NCBI GenBank assembly: GCA_031835245.2
Contig: JAVKOQ020000097.1
Location: 1 to 64,000 of the forward strand
Reading direction: 5' to 3'
Origin: Balamuthia mandrillaris
Lineage: Eukaryota
DNA: 64,000 nucleotides
The notes under the pieces are model-generated. The model was not told where the DNA came from and did no database searches. It saw only the letters and a program-made list of their open reading frames with translations. Position 1 is the first letter of the stretch. Each line of letters begins with the position of its first letter. Of the stretch, positions 8,319 through 19,720 are shown in pieces. A program made the translations under genes and the position numbers.

Positions 8319-11310
8319 TTATGCTGGTGTGTTGTTGTTCTGGTCATTATCTCCTAGTGCAATTGAAGCAAACATTGGTGAAAAGCGATCAAAAAATTGT
8401 TCCTTTGTTGTCTGCTCACAATATTGAAGGAGAAGAGGATTGGTTGTCTTTAGTTACTGTCAAAATGGAACAAAGTAAAGAGAGCATAACGTACTATTAT
8501 GGTGTGGTTATCAGCTAGGATCCCTTGGTTCAAGGTATTGATGGGTGTTGGCAAGCGGGTATTGGACAGGAAATAAAAAAAGAGCTCAAACTTCTGAGTA
8601 GGAAAAAAGTTCTGTGCTTGCTCAGTAGCCCTTTTCTCTATGTATATCTCACCTGGCGTCACACCTGCACTCTTTGCCTTCTGCCAAACAATTGTGCTCT
8701 TCAACTCGTTCAGACAAACAAAGGTCTTGCCGTTTTCCTGACCAGGAAAGGTGTAGATATTATCACTGGCAGGCCAGTTATGTCCAATCCACAAGCTGAC
8801 AGATTCCTTGTATAGGTCAACAGGATTGTGCCTCTCCACCACTGGAACGGCAGCACCCGCCTTCGGCAGTTGTTCTTCTTTTGAGTTGTAGGCTGTCATA
8901 TAACTGAGGATGATAGGTCTGTGCTTCAGTGTATCGCTCATGAGTGCACCTGAGAACCGCTCTCCAAACGTTGTCTCTTTGATTCCAAGATCTAGCAACA
9001 GGTTGTTTTCAAAGACCTCAAAGTCTCTTGTGAATTTTTCTAAATCCTAGGTAGAATTAGCATCAATTGGCAAAAAGTGATTAATAAAATGCAGGTGGGA
9101 GGGAAACAGAAATGTGATTGTGAGAGGAAGGGGAAAGGTCCTTACTGAAGATTTTACAACAGGCCTGTAGGTCACAAAGTTGGGATCAAACAGTATCAGC
9201 CTGTTGTTGAGTGCAGCAGCGAACGCCAGGGGCATTATCACCTGGTAAAGATGAAGTTGAGGTTGAGAAGGCTTCAGGAAGAGCAAGCCGTCTCTTTCAA
9301 GTATGTTGAGAGGGACACCATCCACTGCTTCTGTTTTCTTGACTTCTTTCCCACTCAAGCAGAGCCTGACGAGGGTTCTGACACCATTTGGTGACAAAAC
9401 ATGGTTGTCTATGCTGTACATATCTCCGATGGCTTTGACGGTAGCCTTGAAAATGTCTTCATAGCTGCAAGCGGAGTTGTTCGGCTGGGAGCGGATGGCT
9501 GCAACCAGAAACTGTAACCCCCTCGCCACACCGCCCACCGTCCCGATGAGACTGTTTGGGATATCATCACGATTTAGAGCAGAGTGTACGATCTCTTGGC
9601 TGGCTTCGAGACTCAGGGGGCCAATGGGCAGGCTGCGCAAAGCGTAGTGTGTGGCTGGAAAGACGCCAATATCCGCGAGTGACAGTGTGCCAGAGAACAC
9701 GGGAACAACATGGATATTCCACGCGGCCAACTTTAAGCACGTGCTCATGATACAATCAGCAATCCGGCGTATCAGTATTCGGTCTTTGTTCTTTGGGTTT
9801 GTACGGAGAAGCACGATGTCCTCTTCGGTGATCTTCGTCTGGAACTCGTCAATGTTGAGGATGATCGTCAGTCTATCTTTTGCGGCCACGCCGGCACCAA
9901 AGCGCTGGCGCAGTGCTGAGACGACTGCAAGGAAGGTAGTGCAGCGATCGAAATTAGTGCCATCGAGGCAACCCCGGATGGCACCTGCTGGGGCTCGCGG
10001 AAAAAAGCCTTTTGCAACCAACGAGAACAAGAAAGCTCTCTCAATGTTCTCAGGGTTGTTCCAATCAGAAAAGTAGTCACCGTTTGAGAAGTCTAGGTAA
10101 AATGTGTGGGCTTTGCTGGCGTCTTCAAGGCCTGCGAGCAGTGCCTCATACACTTCTTGGGCAGTGACGGAAGCCGTACGTGCCAGGAGTACCTTGCTAA
10201 GATGAGAGAGGTAGCGCGGCGCATTTTGGGTAAGCTGCGCTCGGACATGGTTGAGCATGGTGATAGAGAGCCGAGTTTTGCCCACTCCGCTGTGTAACAA
10301 TAGAAATGATTTGGTGAGATGGGCTGATTTTGAACCAACAACAGCACGATGACAAAATACATGTAACCCATCATACAGTGGGAGGGAGAGGAAAGGAGGA
10401 AGACAGTCACCTTCCACCAGTTATGGCGATTAGCAATTTGTGCTTCTTGTGGGCCGATTGGAAAAAAAAAACCCACAAAGTCATCACAGAATGCTTCGGT
10501 GAGTTGTTCCACCTCGTATTCTCGATCCATGAAGTCAAATTCCATCTCGGTGATATGTTCAGGCGGTCGGGGGGCCTGGTGCGTTTGCAATAGAGAAGGG
10601 GAATTGCGTGAGTTGAGGGCTCCAAAAAAAAAAAAAGGCTATACGTCAATGACGCACCCGCTCAAAGTCTAAGGAAGGATTCTGTTCGGCGAGCTTCCGG
10701 AAGGTCCTCTCCACAATGAACGACGATTCATCTTTCAACTCCTGTATCGCGTGGTAAATGACACTTCCATCCAAACTTCCAAATTCTTTTTGTAAATCAT
10801 CTTTGGTAAGTTGAGACACACGCTTGCCATTCAGCTGCGCAAATGCAGGAGCAAAGCGAGCCAAGCCTTCCAGTTGTAACCACGACTGGATCTCTTGCGC
10901 AGACCATTCTTCGAAAGGTTTTTTGGCTGGAATATTTTAAGGCGAGTGCAGAAGTCACAATAAGCATGCTTCGAGAATAGACCTGCGAAACACAAACAAA
11001 AATACTTGCCTGTGACCTTAGGGCCATTGTCATTTTGACCAAAGTTTGTAGAAACATAGAACTGGCGTTGTAGATGGAGAGGGGAAGGTTTCTGCTGTCG
11101 CTGGTTGTTGACGCAGGGCACTGATCGTAAAACTGATTGCTGGGTCAGTGAGACAAAGGGAAGACAAAACTCCATGGCTAATGAGTCTACCTTTGGCAGG
11201 GGAAGATGAGAGGACACCCAACGACCTGAAAAAGTCGCGCGCGGTGATGCCAAAGAACAACGAGGTGCGACAAAAGAAGCGAGGGACAAAAGACGTGGTG
11301 GGTGTTGCAT
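8319..11310 (-). CDS. Crinkler/RHS-type effector-like protein: basic N-terminal extension + SAM domain + STAND/AAA-like NTPase + C-terminal REase-like domain
   Basis: SAM-like EWSAQEIQSWLQLEGL...IYHAIQELK; FMDREYEV pre-P-loop motif; spliced Walker A IAITGGSGVGKT; Walker B IILNIDEFQ; GGVARGL; C-terminal NWPASD...LNELKST, FYFLSNTRL and last exon TTKEQFFDRFSPMFA. One frameshift at the A10 run 10462-10471. Confidence 0.8.
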
Positions 11311-11626
11311 TTGCCTCTGTGAGCTGAGTTGTTTCAGCTGCACAAACTGTTTTCTCTGCCTGTCGTCGTCGAAGGAGGAAAAACCAGCTGCTGACCCCCG
11401 CGCACGAGTAGTGCACCTCTTGACCTGTAAACTGTAGCGGTGGACATGTGTTTGTTAGTAACAGTGAGGAGTCACCAATATTTTTCCCACAGAGACAAAG
11501 CGTGACGTGTAATCTTGGTCATGTCTACCCCTCCTGCGGGCTTGCAGGCACTAACGTGGCCAAAAAGAGAAGGAAGAAAAGGGAAGAAAAAAGGCCGGCC
11601 GTTTCTTCAACGTTACGTTGTCTGTG

Positions 11627-13379
11627 ATGACGGCCCACAATGACCCTGCTTTTACCTTCCGCGCTTCAAAGCAAACGGAAGCTTTGCCCACCATTGACCT
11701 GACGGCTTCGGACGAGGAACAAGAAAAGACCTTTGTGCAACCTTCTTTTTCGCGGAGCGACCGCCCAGCAACTGCTCTCCTCTCAGCAGTTCCTTCATCT
11801 TCATCACCGCACAAACATTCCCCTCTTCCTCCAACGACCTCGCCTACAGCTCTTGCCTTGCTTCACTCATCGTTCTTCCCGGATGATGACACCAGCCAGA
11901 AGGAGGAAGATGACGAATCAACTATCCCCATCCAAAACCACCACCATTACCTCCACTCCTCCTCCCAGAGCCCAGAAAGCGGCACCTATGCAGCAACTAC
12001 CCTGCGTTGGGTCAGTCTGGAAGAGCTCCGAAGCCACCTGCTAGATCAAAACGAAACCCAGCTTCGGCAAGTTCTGATGGAGCTAGCTGCCCGCCACCCC
12101 AACTTGGCTGCCGAGATGTTGACGTTGTTGCGTGCAGAAAGTGGCGAGGGAGTGGACTTTGAGCTTTTGTTGAAAAAGCTGGAGCAAGCTATCGCTGAAG
12201 TGGAGAGTGGCCGTAAACGAACCCCGCACACTGCTGCCCCTTTGGAGACTGCTCTTAGCACTTGCCTTGCCTTGGCCCAAAACACAGAGAGTGATGCAGA
12301 AGCGTTAGAGGCAAGTTCTTTTAGACCATTTCTTTTCTCTTATTTACACTCTTGTTGCTGCTCCTGTTCTTCTCCTTGTGCTTCTCCTTGTGCCTCTCCT
12401 TGTGCTTCTGCTTCTGCTTCTGCTTCTGCTTCTGCTTCTGCTTCTGCTTCTGCTTCTGCTTGTGCTTGTGCTTGTGCTTGTGCTTGTGCTTGTGCTTGTG
12501 CTTGTGCTTGTGCTTGTGCTTGTGCTTCTGCTTGTGCTTCTGCTTCTGCTTCTGCTTCTGCTTCTGCTTCTGCTTCTGCTTGTGCTTCTGCTTATTGATA
12601 TTGTAACCCTTCTAAAACAGGTTATTGCAATAACAATCAATAAGTTGACCAAAGAATGGAAGCGGCTTAGCCTTCTAGTGCCGGACCCAAGCAACCACAC
12701 AAATCTCTCGGCTCTGATGACTCTCCTCCAGGAAACCTTTCCACAGCGGCTACGAGACTATTGGCAAAACGCCACGCGGGGTCGACAAAGTGCTAGGAAC
12801 AAAGCCTCGGAGAACTGCCACTTTCTCCACCACATTCACAAACTCATCACAGAGCATGAAGACCGATTCGGCTTGCTGCGTCAGCTGGACCTCACCGAGT
12901 TGTATGCTATTCTTTCCCGCTGCTCCCCCTCCAACTCCACCAAAGCACCTGCTCCTGAGAAGCGCCGCTCCCCAGAAGCAGACAGCATTGAGCGACACAA
13001 TGGAAATCCCCAAAGCCCAGCAAAGAAAAAAATTCGCCCAACCACTACCCACAACAATAAGCCCGACAATGCTGCTGCGAGAGTAGTTGGCGGCTGGTTC
13101 CGACATGCCACAAGTAACGCAAAGACGAAACGAGAAGGCGAATCAACTACAGTACCACAGGAAAAACAATTCGCAGCCACTGATATTATTCTGTTGCTCA
13201 CGCAAGGAGACGCAAAGGTTAACGGCTACACTGAGCAAGAAATACTTCGGAGGTTATCCAACGACTGCAGCCTCTTTCCAAGCGAAGAAAGCGCATGTCA
13301 ACTGAGGAAGTTGTTAGACATGATGCAGAAAAGTGGAGCTATTTATAGGAACAAAGATGAGCGGTTCATGCTGTTGTGA
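11627..13379 (+). CDS. Hypothetical protein with SIM-like IDLT motif and probable C-terminal winged helix (2 exons, GC-AG intron 12311-12620)
   Basis: Two long ORFs join in phase via GAG|gcaagt...aaacag|GTT. The C-terminal ~65 aa (IILLL...GYTEQEIL...LRKLLDMMQKSGAIYRNKDERFMLL) follows a winged-helix pattern. Confidence 0.6.
12400..12592. repeat. Compound (TGCTTC)n/(TGCTTG)n hexamer microsatellite in an intron
   Basis: Directly visible repeat inside intron 12311-12620. Confidence 0.95.
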
Positions 13380-13525
13380 AGCTACAACTTAACATGCACC
13401 AACTTCTGCTTTTGGCAAGAATTGCGCCCTAAGACTCTCTTAGCATGGGGGATGGGAATAATGCCAAGAGTGAAGGTTTATAATATGCAAATGAAGTGCA
13501 ACAACGCTGCCACCAGCCGCAGAAT

Positions 13526-14819
13526 CTAGAACAACACATCAACCAAGAAGGAAGAACGGCTGGCAGCATCAGAGCCAGCACTCCCACTAATTTCCACCAC
13601 ACGAGTGGATTCCCAACCATCGCTGCTCGCGATAACGCCCAGGTAGCCTGATATATCCTCATCTTTGTATCTTTCATAGTCTATCTTTGAAAAGGTCACT
13701 ATTTTTTTTTGCATGAAAACAGCATATTAGTCTTTTTTTTGCCTCTTCCTTCTCTTTCTGCCATGATTAACTCACCTTTGTGGTAGCCTTCAAACACCTC
13801 TATGGTTAGTCCATAAGGGTCATCATCACTGGATGCGTCCTCTCCATTCTCAAGAGGTTCCAGAGCAGCACGAACTCCGCCTATAGGGCAATGGTTGGCA
13901 TCAGCAACTCAAGGGTAATAAAAAATATAATCTGACGTACATGCAGTGGAAAGGACCCAGCTTTCCAGCTTCTCTCCTTCCCCAAAGAAAAACTCATAGT
14001 CGGCTTTTAATAGTGGTTAGTTTCATTGATAACAGGTGATGAATGGAAAAAGGCAGAAGAAGAACAAGCAGAAGAAGAAGAAGAAGAAGAAGAAAAAGAA
14101 GAAGAACAAGAAGAAGAACAAGAACAAGAACAAGAACAAGGACAAGAACAAGAAGAACAAGGATGCTAAGGACAAGAAAGAAAAGGGCAGTGGATGAGCA
14201 GTACCAGTAATCCCAGTGATATGGTTTATCTTAAAGCTAAAAGTATAATACTTGTTGTCAGAGTTCTTCTTGTTTCTGAGGGTTACGAAGGTGTCGCTGA
14301 ACTTTTCTGGCCACTGTGGCAACAGCTCTGTGACTGAACGTATCGTAAGTCACCAGTTTGGATTGTAAATAATGGAACAAACAGAAACCAGGTACCTGGT
14401 GTTGTATGTGCAAAGATCTGGAACGAAAACTCCTCTTCCGCAACAGGTTCCACTTTACTGTAGACGTTGAAGGCACTGGCACGGTCAAAATAAAGGTAAG
14501 AAGTATATGTTTGTGTAGGCCGTTCCGTTGGGTTCCAACCCACCGTGTAATCAGGTTCCCCTGTTGTAGCATCGTTGAGCGACCTTTGGAGAATGAATGA
14601 GAAAGGTCCAAAGTTGGAGTTGAAATAAAATACTAACCACTGCACGTTGCCCTCACAAAGGATCAGAGTGTATGTCACATTCTCATTTGGGTCCACTGGA
14701 TAGAACATGCGGTCACTGCTGGAGAAAGTTTCCTGCTCTTCGAAGGGGATCTGAATGTCTCCACCGAGAGTGCATGCTACAAGCGACGCCAGAATAATCG
14801 ATAAAACTCGCATCAACAT
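13526..14819 (-). CDS. Secreted or surface protein, possibly NDNF-like (5 exons)
   Basis: Signal peptide MLMRVLSIILASLVACTLG; canonical GT-AG exons join in frame; LCEGNVQW and FSTACG motifs recall NDNF-like proteins; S/G-rich then hydrophobic C-terminus. Confidence 0.55.
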
Positions 14820-15308
14820 CTTTCGTTTGTTGGTTGTTTAACTTTAGTGAGGTGCTGGTCTCGAGCGGCTGGAACCAACCCGAGGACACCGCCTTATGCC
14901 GACCAAACCAACGAAACGTCGACCAGATCATGTTATCCTCATATGGGGAACACCGTATTGTGTCGACATGAAAATTTATTGACGCGAAATCGCATGAAAA
15001 TTCTTTTGAGTTTCAAATTCTCCGAAGGGGGCCAGCGACCTGGCCAGCTCCTTTTCTTCCGCCTTTCTTCTTCTTCTTCTTTTATTTATTTATTTATTTA
15101 TTTTCCCTCTCGAACGCGCGCGCGGTAACACACGACCCACCTGTTCTTCTTCTCGACCTTGTACGTTTGCTCCTTGCTTACAGCCTGTTCTCCCCTTTCC
15201 TTCTCTCCCTTTGTGCTCTCTCTTGGCGTTTCGCGCAACCAACTAACCTACTGACTCCTCCTCCCTCCTCCTTGGCACTCCTCTTTTCTCATAAAATATA
15301 GTAACAGA

Positions 15309-15432
15309 CCACCACCACCACCACCACCACCACCACCACCACCACCACCACCACCACCACCACCACCACCACCACCACCACCACCACCACCACCACCACC
15401 ACCACCACCACCACCACCACCACCACCACCAC
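15309..15432. repeat. (CCA)n microsatellite just upstream of the HPPD start
   Basis: About 41 uninterrupted CCA units ending ~20 bp before ATG 15454. Confidence 0.95.
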
Positions 15433-15453
15433 TTTTACCCAACAGGAACAATC

Positions 15454-16768
15454 ATGGAAAACGAACCCGCTCACAAAAAGTTGGTTGGCCACAAGAACTT
15501 TGTGAGGCACAACCCAAAGACGGACCTGTGGAAGAACAAACGTTTCCACCACGTGGAGTTCTACTGCGGTGATGCCACCAGCGTGTCGAGACGCTTCGCC
15601 CTGGGTCTGGGCATGACCTTGGTGGCCAAGTCGGACCTCTCCACGGGGAACGCCACCTACGCCAGCTATGTCTACCGCTCCAACGACATCGTCTTCACCT
15701 TCACCGCGCCCTACTCCACCAAGATCGATCAGAGCCACTCGCAACCGCCCTTCCCCCACTTTGACCAGCAGTGCGCCTACGACTTCTTCCAGAAGCACGG
15801 CCTGGCGGTGAGGGCCATGGGCGTTAAGGTTGCCGACGCCGCTGAGGCTTACAAGAAGGCGGTGGAGCACGGCGGCAGGGGTGCTGGAGCCCCTCACCAT
15901 GACCGACGAGCACGGCACCGCCGTCGTCTCCGAGATAGAGCTCTTTGGGGACGTGGTGCTTCGCTTCGTCAGCGATGACGGCTACAAAGGCCCCTTCTTG
16001 CCCAAGTACGAGCCTGTCAACGGACGACCTCTCTGTTACGGCCTTCAGAGGTTGGACCATGCCGTCAGCAACGTGCCCAAGCTGCTGGAGGCTGTGGACT
16101 ACTTGGCCACCGCCACCGGCTTCCACAAGTTTGCCGAGTTCACCGCTGAGGACGTTGGCACCGTTGACTCTGGCCTCAACTCGATGGTCTTGGCCAGCAA
16201 CAACGAGATGGTGATCCTACCCGTCAACGAGCCCACCTTTGGCACCCCGAGAAAGTCCCAGATCCAAACCTACCTTGAGCACAACGAAGGCTCCGGCCTG
16301 CAGCACTTGGCCCTCAAGACGGACGATATCTTCTCCACCCTCAGGCAGATGAAGGCTCAGTCCGATTGGGGCTTTGAGTTCATGGAATCCCCTGGCAAGG
16401 GATACTATGAGCGCCTTCCCGCTCGCATCGGTGACATCCTCACCCCTGAGCAGTACAAGGAAGTGGAGGAGCTGGCCATCCTCGTCGACAAGGACGACCA
16501 GGGCACTCTCCTCCAGATTTTCACCAAGCCTCTTGGTGACCGCCCCACCATCTTCATCGAGATCATCCAGCGCTTGGGCTGCAACATCACCAAGAAGAAG
16601 AAGGTGGAGGAGGAAGGCAAGCTCGTCGAAAAGGAAGTCGTCATGCAAAAGGGTGGCTGCGGTGGTTTCGGAAAGGGCAACTTCGCGGAGCTCTTCAAAT
16701 CCATTGAGGACTACGAGAGAACCTTGGACAAGGCCTTGGGTCCTTCTTCATCCTCCTCTTCCTCTTAA
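15454..16768 (+). CDS. HPD: 4-hydroxyphenylpyruvate dioxygenase (intronless; frameshift at 15878-15881)
   Basis: FHHVEFYCGDA, LDHAVSNV, SGLNSMVLA, KSQIQTYLEHNEGSGLQHLAL, LLQIFTKP, FIEIIQR, GGFGKGNF. Two overlapping ORFs change frame at a G4 run. Confidence 0.95.
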
Positions 16769-16793
16769 AACCTCCTATCCTTCTTCCCTTCCC

Positions 16794-16829
<36 letters not shown>

Positions 16830-17211
16830 TGTTCATTCATCTCCCAACAACAACACCGCCACAATGATAGCTATTATGTAGCCCATCAACACTGTAAACG
16901 GAGGATATTTATGTAGCTAAGCTTGCATGCTTGCTCTCTTCTTTCTTATTTTGTTGTCTCTTTTCTTCGTATTTTGTTGCACGCCATTCCTTCTTTCCAC
17001 TTCGAAGGAAGCACTCCCTCTGCCAACCTGCTGCTTGCAATAATACTATTATTATAATTTAAAAAACAAAAAAAAACGAACTTTTTATTTTCTTCTTTAA
17101 AATAAGAAGAAACCCAAGAAGGAACAAAAAAGAAGGAAGGCCGTCGCCCACTCCCCTCCTCCCTTACCTTCTCTGCATCAACGAGTTGCCTCTTTTTACC
17201 GTCGTAAGAAT

Positions 17212-19409
17212 ATGGCAGACAAGGGAAAGATAGACCTCTACTCGATGTTGCCCTCCGGTTGGGAGAGCGGAGGAAGGCCCGCAAATCCGTTGCCCGAAGT
17301 GCAAGCCGCTCCTGCCGCTACTAGTATGGCAGTGCCCCAACCTATGCATTTGTTCGCTCCGCAAGACCAGGACCCTGTTGAAGAGGAGGAGGAAGAAGAA
17401 GGGATTGAGAACGGCGACTTCAGGACGTCAGCCTCCATGATGAAAAACGAGTAGGCTCCACACCGACAAACTCTGCCTCCGCCAGACGCCCTACTGAACC
17501 CAAGTTGGTGAAGAACGAACCACAAGACGCAAAGGAAGAAGAAGAGGACGAAGAGGTGGAAGAAGCTTTGTTTCAAATCACTCTCGGAGAGTACGTGAAG
17601 CACAAAACATTCGTTGCCTACCAGATACACGTCAAGGTTCGCTCTTTTCCACACTCCTTTCTTCTCTCTCTTTCTTCTTCTTGTTCTTCTTGTTCTTCTT
17701 CTTCTTCTTCTTCTTCTTCTTCTTGTTCTTCTTCTTGTTCTTCTTCTTCTTCTTCTTCTTGTTTCTTCTTGTTCTTCTTCTTCTTGTTCTTCTTGTTCTT
17801 CTTCTTCTTCTTCTTCTTCTTCTTCTTCTTCTTCTTCTTCTTCTTCTTTTCTTCTTCTCGTCCTTCATTCTCTCGCTCATTGAAAGAAGAAGAAGAAGAA
17901 GAGCAAGAACAGCAACAAGAAGAGATTCGTTCATTTTCACTCACTCTCTAGTCTCTGCTTCTCTTCTTTTGTTTCACTTGAACACCTAACTCCACAAACA
18001 GACGCGATTATTGTCCTTCGCCAAAACCGAGTTCAAGACAGAGCGCAGGTACAAAGACTTTTTGTGGCTTCACGATCGTCTCTGTGCCAACTTCAAAGGC
18101 CGCATTGTGCCTCCTCTCCCAGAAAAGACTTTAATACAAGGTAACTCTTTTTATAAAGGTGGTGTTTGTTGCAGCAATATGTTGGTTGACGGTATGTATG
18201 TTGTCATGCCGTTCCAAAGGAAAGTTCGACGTCCAGTTTTTAGAAAAGAGACGGAGAGAGCTTACGCAGTTCCTTAGACAAGTATGCACACATCCCGAGT
18301 TTGCAAGGAGTACCGACTTGCAGATATTCCTAGAGTTCAGTGCTGAGGTTCGTCCACCACTCCCTTCTGTTTTCTACACCTCTAATGTGCTGTATTGTGT
18401 GAAAGTAGGAATTGGATCAACAAAAAGGGAAGCAAGGATCCGCCATGGCTCAAAATAGCAAGAAAGTATTGGCCCTTGTCGCCAAAAAAGTTAGTGCACG
18501 AGAGGTGGATGAATGGTTTACCCAAAAACTGAATGCTTTGCTTGCTTATGACGCTCTCCTCGAACTTCTTATCAAGCAAGCCACAGAGTACACTGTGCAA
18601 AAGAAAAGTTTCTACTCCTCTTCTCCATCTGCCTTCTCGCAAATGCGTCTCTCCCTCTCCTTTTGATCCTGGTTTTCTAACATGTGTGCTTCACAGATAT
18701 CGTTCAGCAACAATATCTATTATCAGAGGCACTCAGAGAAATGGGAAGGCAATCGGCCATAATTAACAGCAAAACGCTTTGTGATGATATGCTGAAGCTT
18801 TCTGAAGTGATGGAACAAGTACGGTTATTCACACAAACGAGTACAACAGAGGAAGAAGTGCGCTTTGAAGAAGTGTTGGTGGACCACCAGCGCATGATAG
18901 GAGCTGCTAAGGCGGCCTTCAACGATCGACTTTCTGCCTTGAGTGAATATCAGAATTTACAAAAGCAACTTGAGAGCAAAAAGGAAAGGGTGGAAAAAAT
19001 GAGAGGAAGCCATAAGGTCTCCTCTGTAGAGGCAGAATATTTTGAGGTTTTTACTATGTTTTTTATTTCTCTCTTGCGTTTCGCTGTGCGTTTTTTTTTC
19101 CCGGTTTGTCTGACTTGTTCCTTGCAGCTGAAAGGAAAAGTTGAAATAGCTGAAAGTGAATTCAACTCCCTCTCCGCCATTGTTCGTACCGAAATGATTC
19201 GTTTTGAAAAGAGCCGAGTTCCGCAGATACGTAAAGCCCTTCGTGATTTTGCCACTGCTAACTTGCATTGCACTGTCCAAGTACGCTCTCTGCTCTCTCT
19301 GCTCTCTCTACTCTCTCTGCTCTCCTCGCTGCAAGATCCATCACTAATATTGTAAATAATAAAGACGTTGGACCAGTGGAAGCAAATGATAGACCAAGTA
19401 TATTCCTAG
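17212..19409 (+). CDS. PX-BAR sorting nexin (SNX1/2/Vps5-like), multi-exon
   Basis: PX motifs RRYKDFLWL, IVPPLPEK, FLEKRRRELTQFL, followed by helical BAR (EMIRFEKSR). Apparent frameshift near 17420. Ends TLDQWKQMIDQVYS*. Confidence 0.9.
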
Positions 19410-19511
19410 CCAAAAGGAGCCAGTCCAGAAGATGCTTCTATTCTGTATCAAAAAAAAAACCCGAAACGAACAAACAGTTCCCTAAGTTCGCGATGCTTCC
19501 ATAGGAATCCT

Positions 19512-19675
19512 TTAAGCATCACGATGCACGATTTCAGCGGAGGCCTGTGTGTTGGCAAAGACCAGCACATCAGCCACTTGCACGTGCTCTGGTCTGTTTG
19601 TTGTGAAAAAGCATGCGGATAAGCACGAACGACATTGCATGCAGAAGCGAGAGAGAGAGGAGAGAGAGGTGGTAA

Positions 19676-19720
<45 letters not shown>

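Noticed and set aside
5152..11310. Intact transposon enclosing the two effector genes
   Set aside because: No terminal inverted repeats, target-site duplication or DDE/RT domain could be seen by eye.
12344..12700. Poly-Leu/Val, Cys-Phe, Ala-Ser and Ser-Arg ORFs
   Set aside because: Translations of an intronic hexamer microsatellite.
15248..15451. Poly-Gly / poly-Val ORFs
   Set aside because: Antisense translation of the (CCA)n tract.
17614..17989. Low-complexity ORFs in all six frames
   Set aside because: (CTT)n microsatellite inside a sorting nexin intron.
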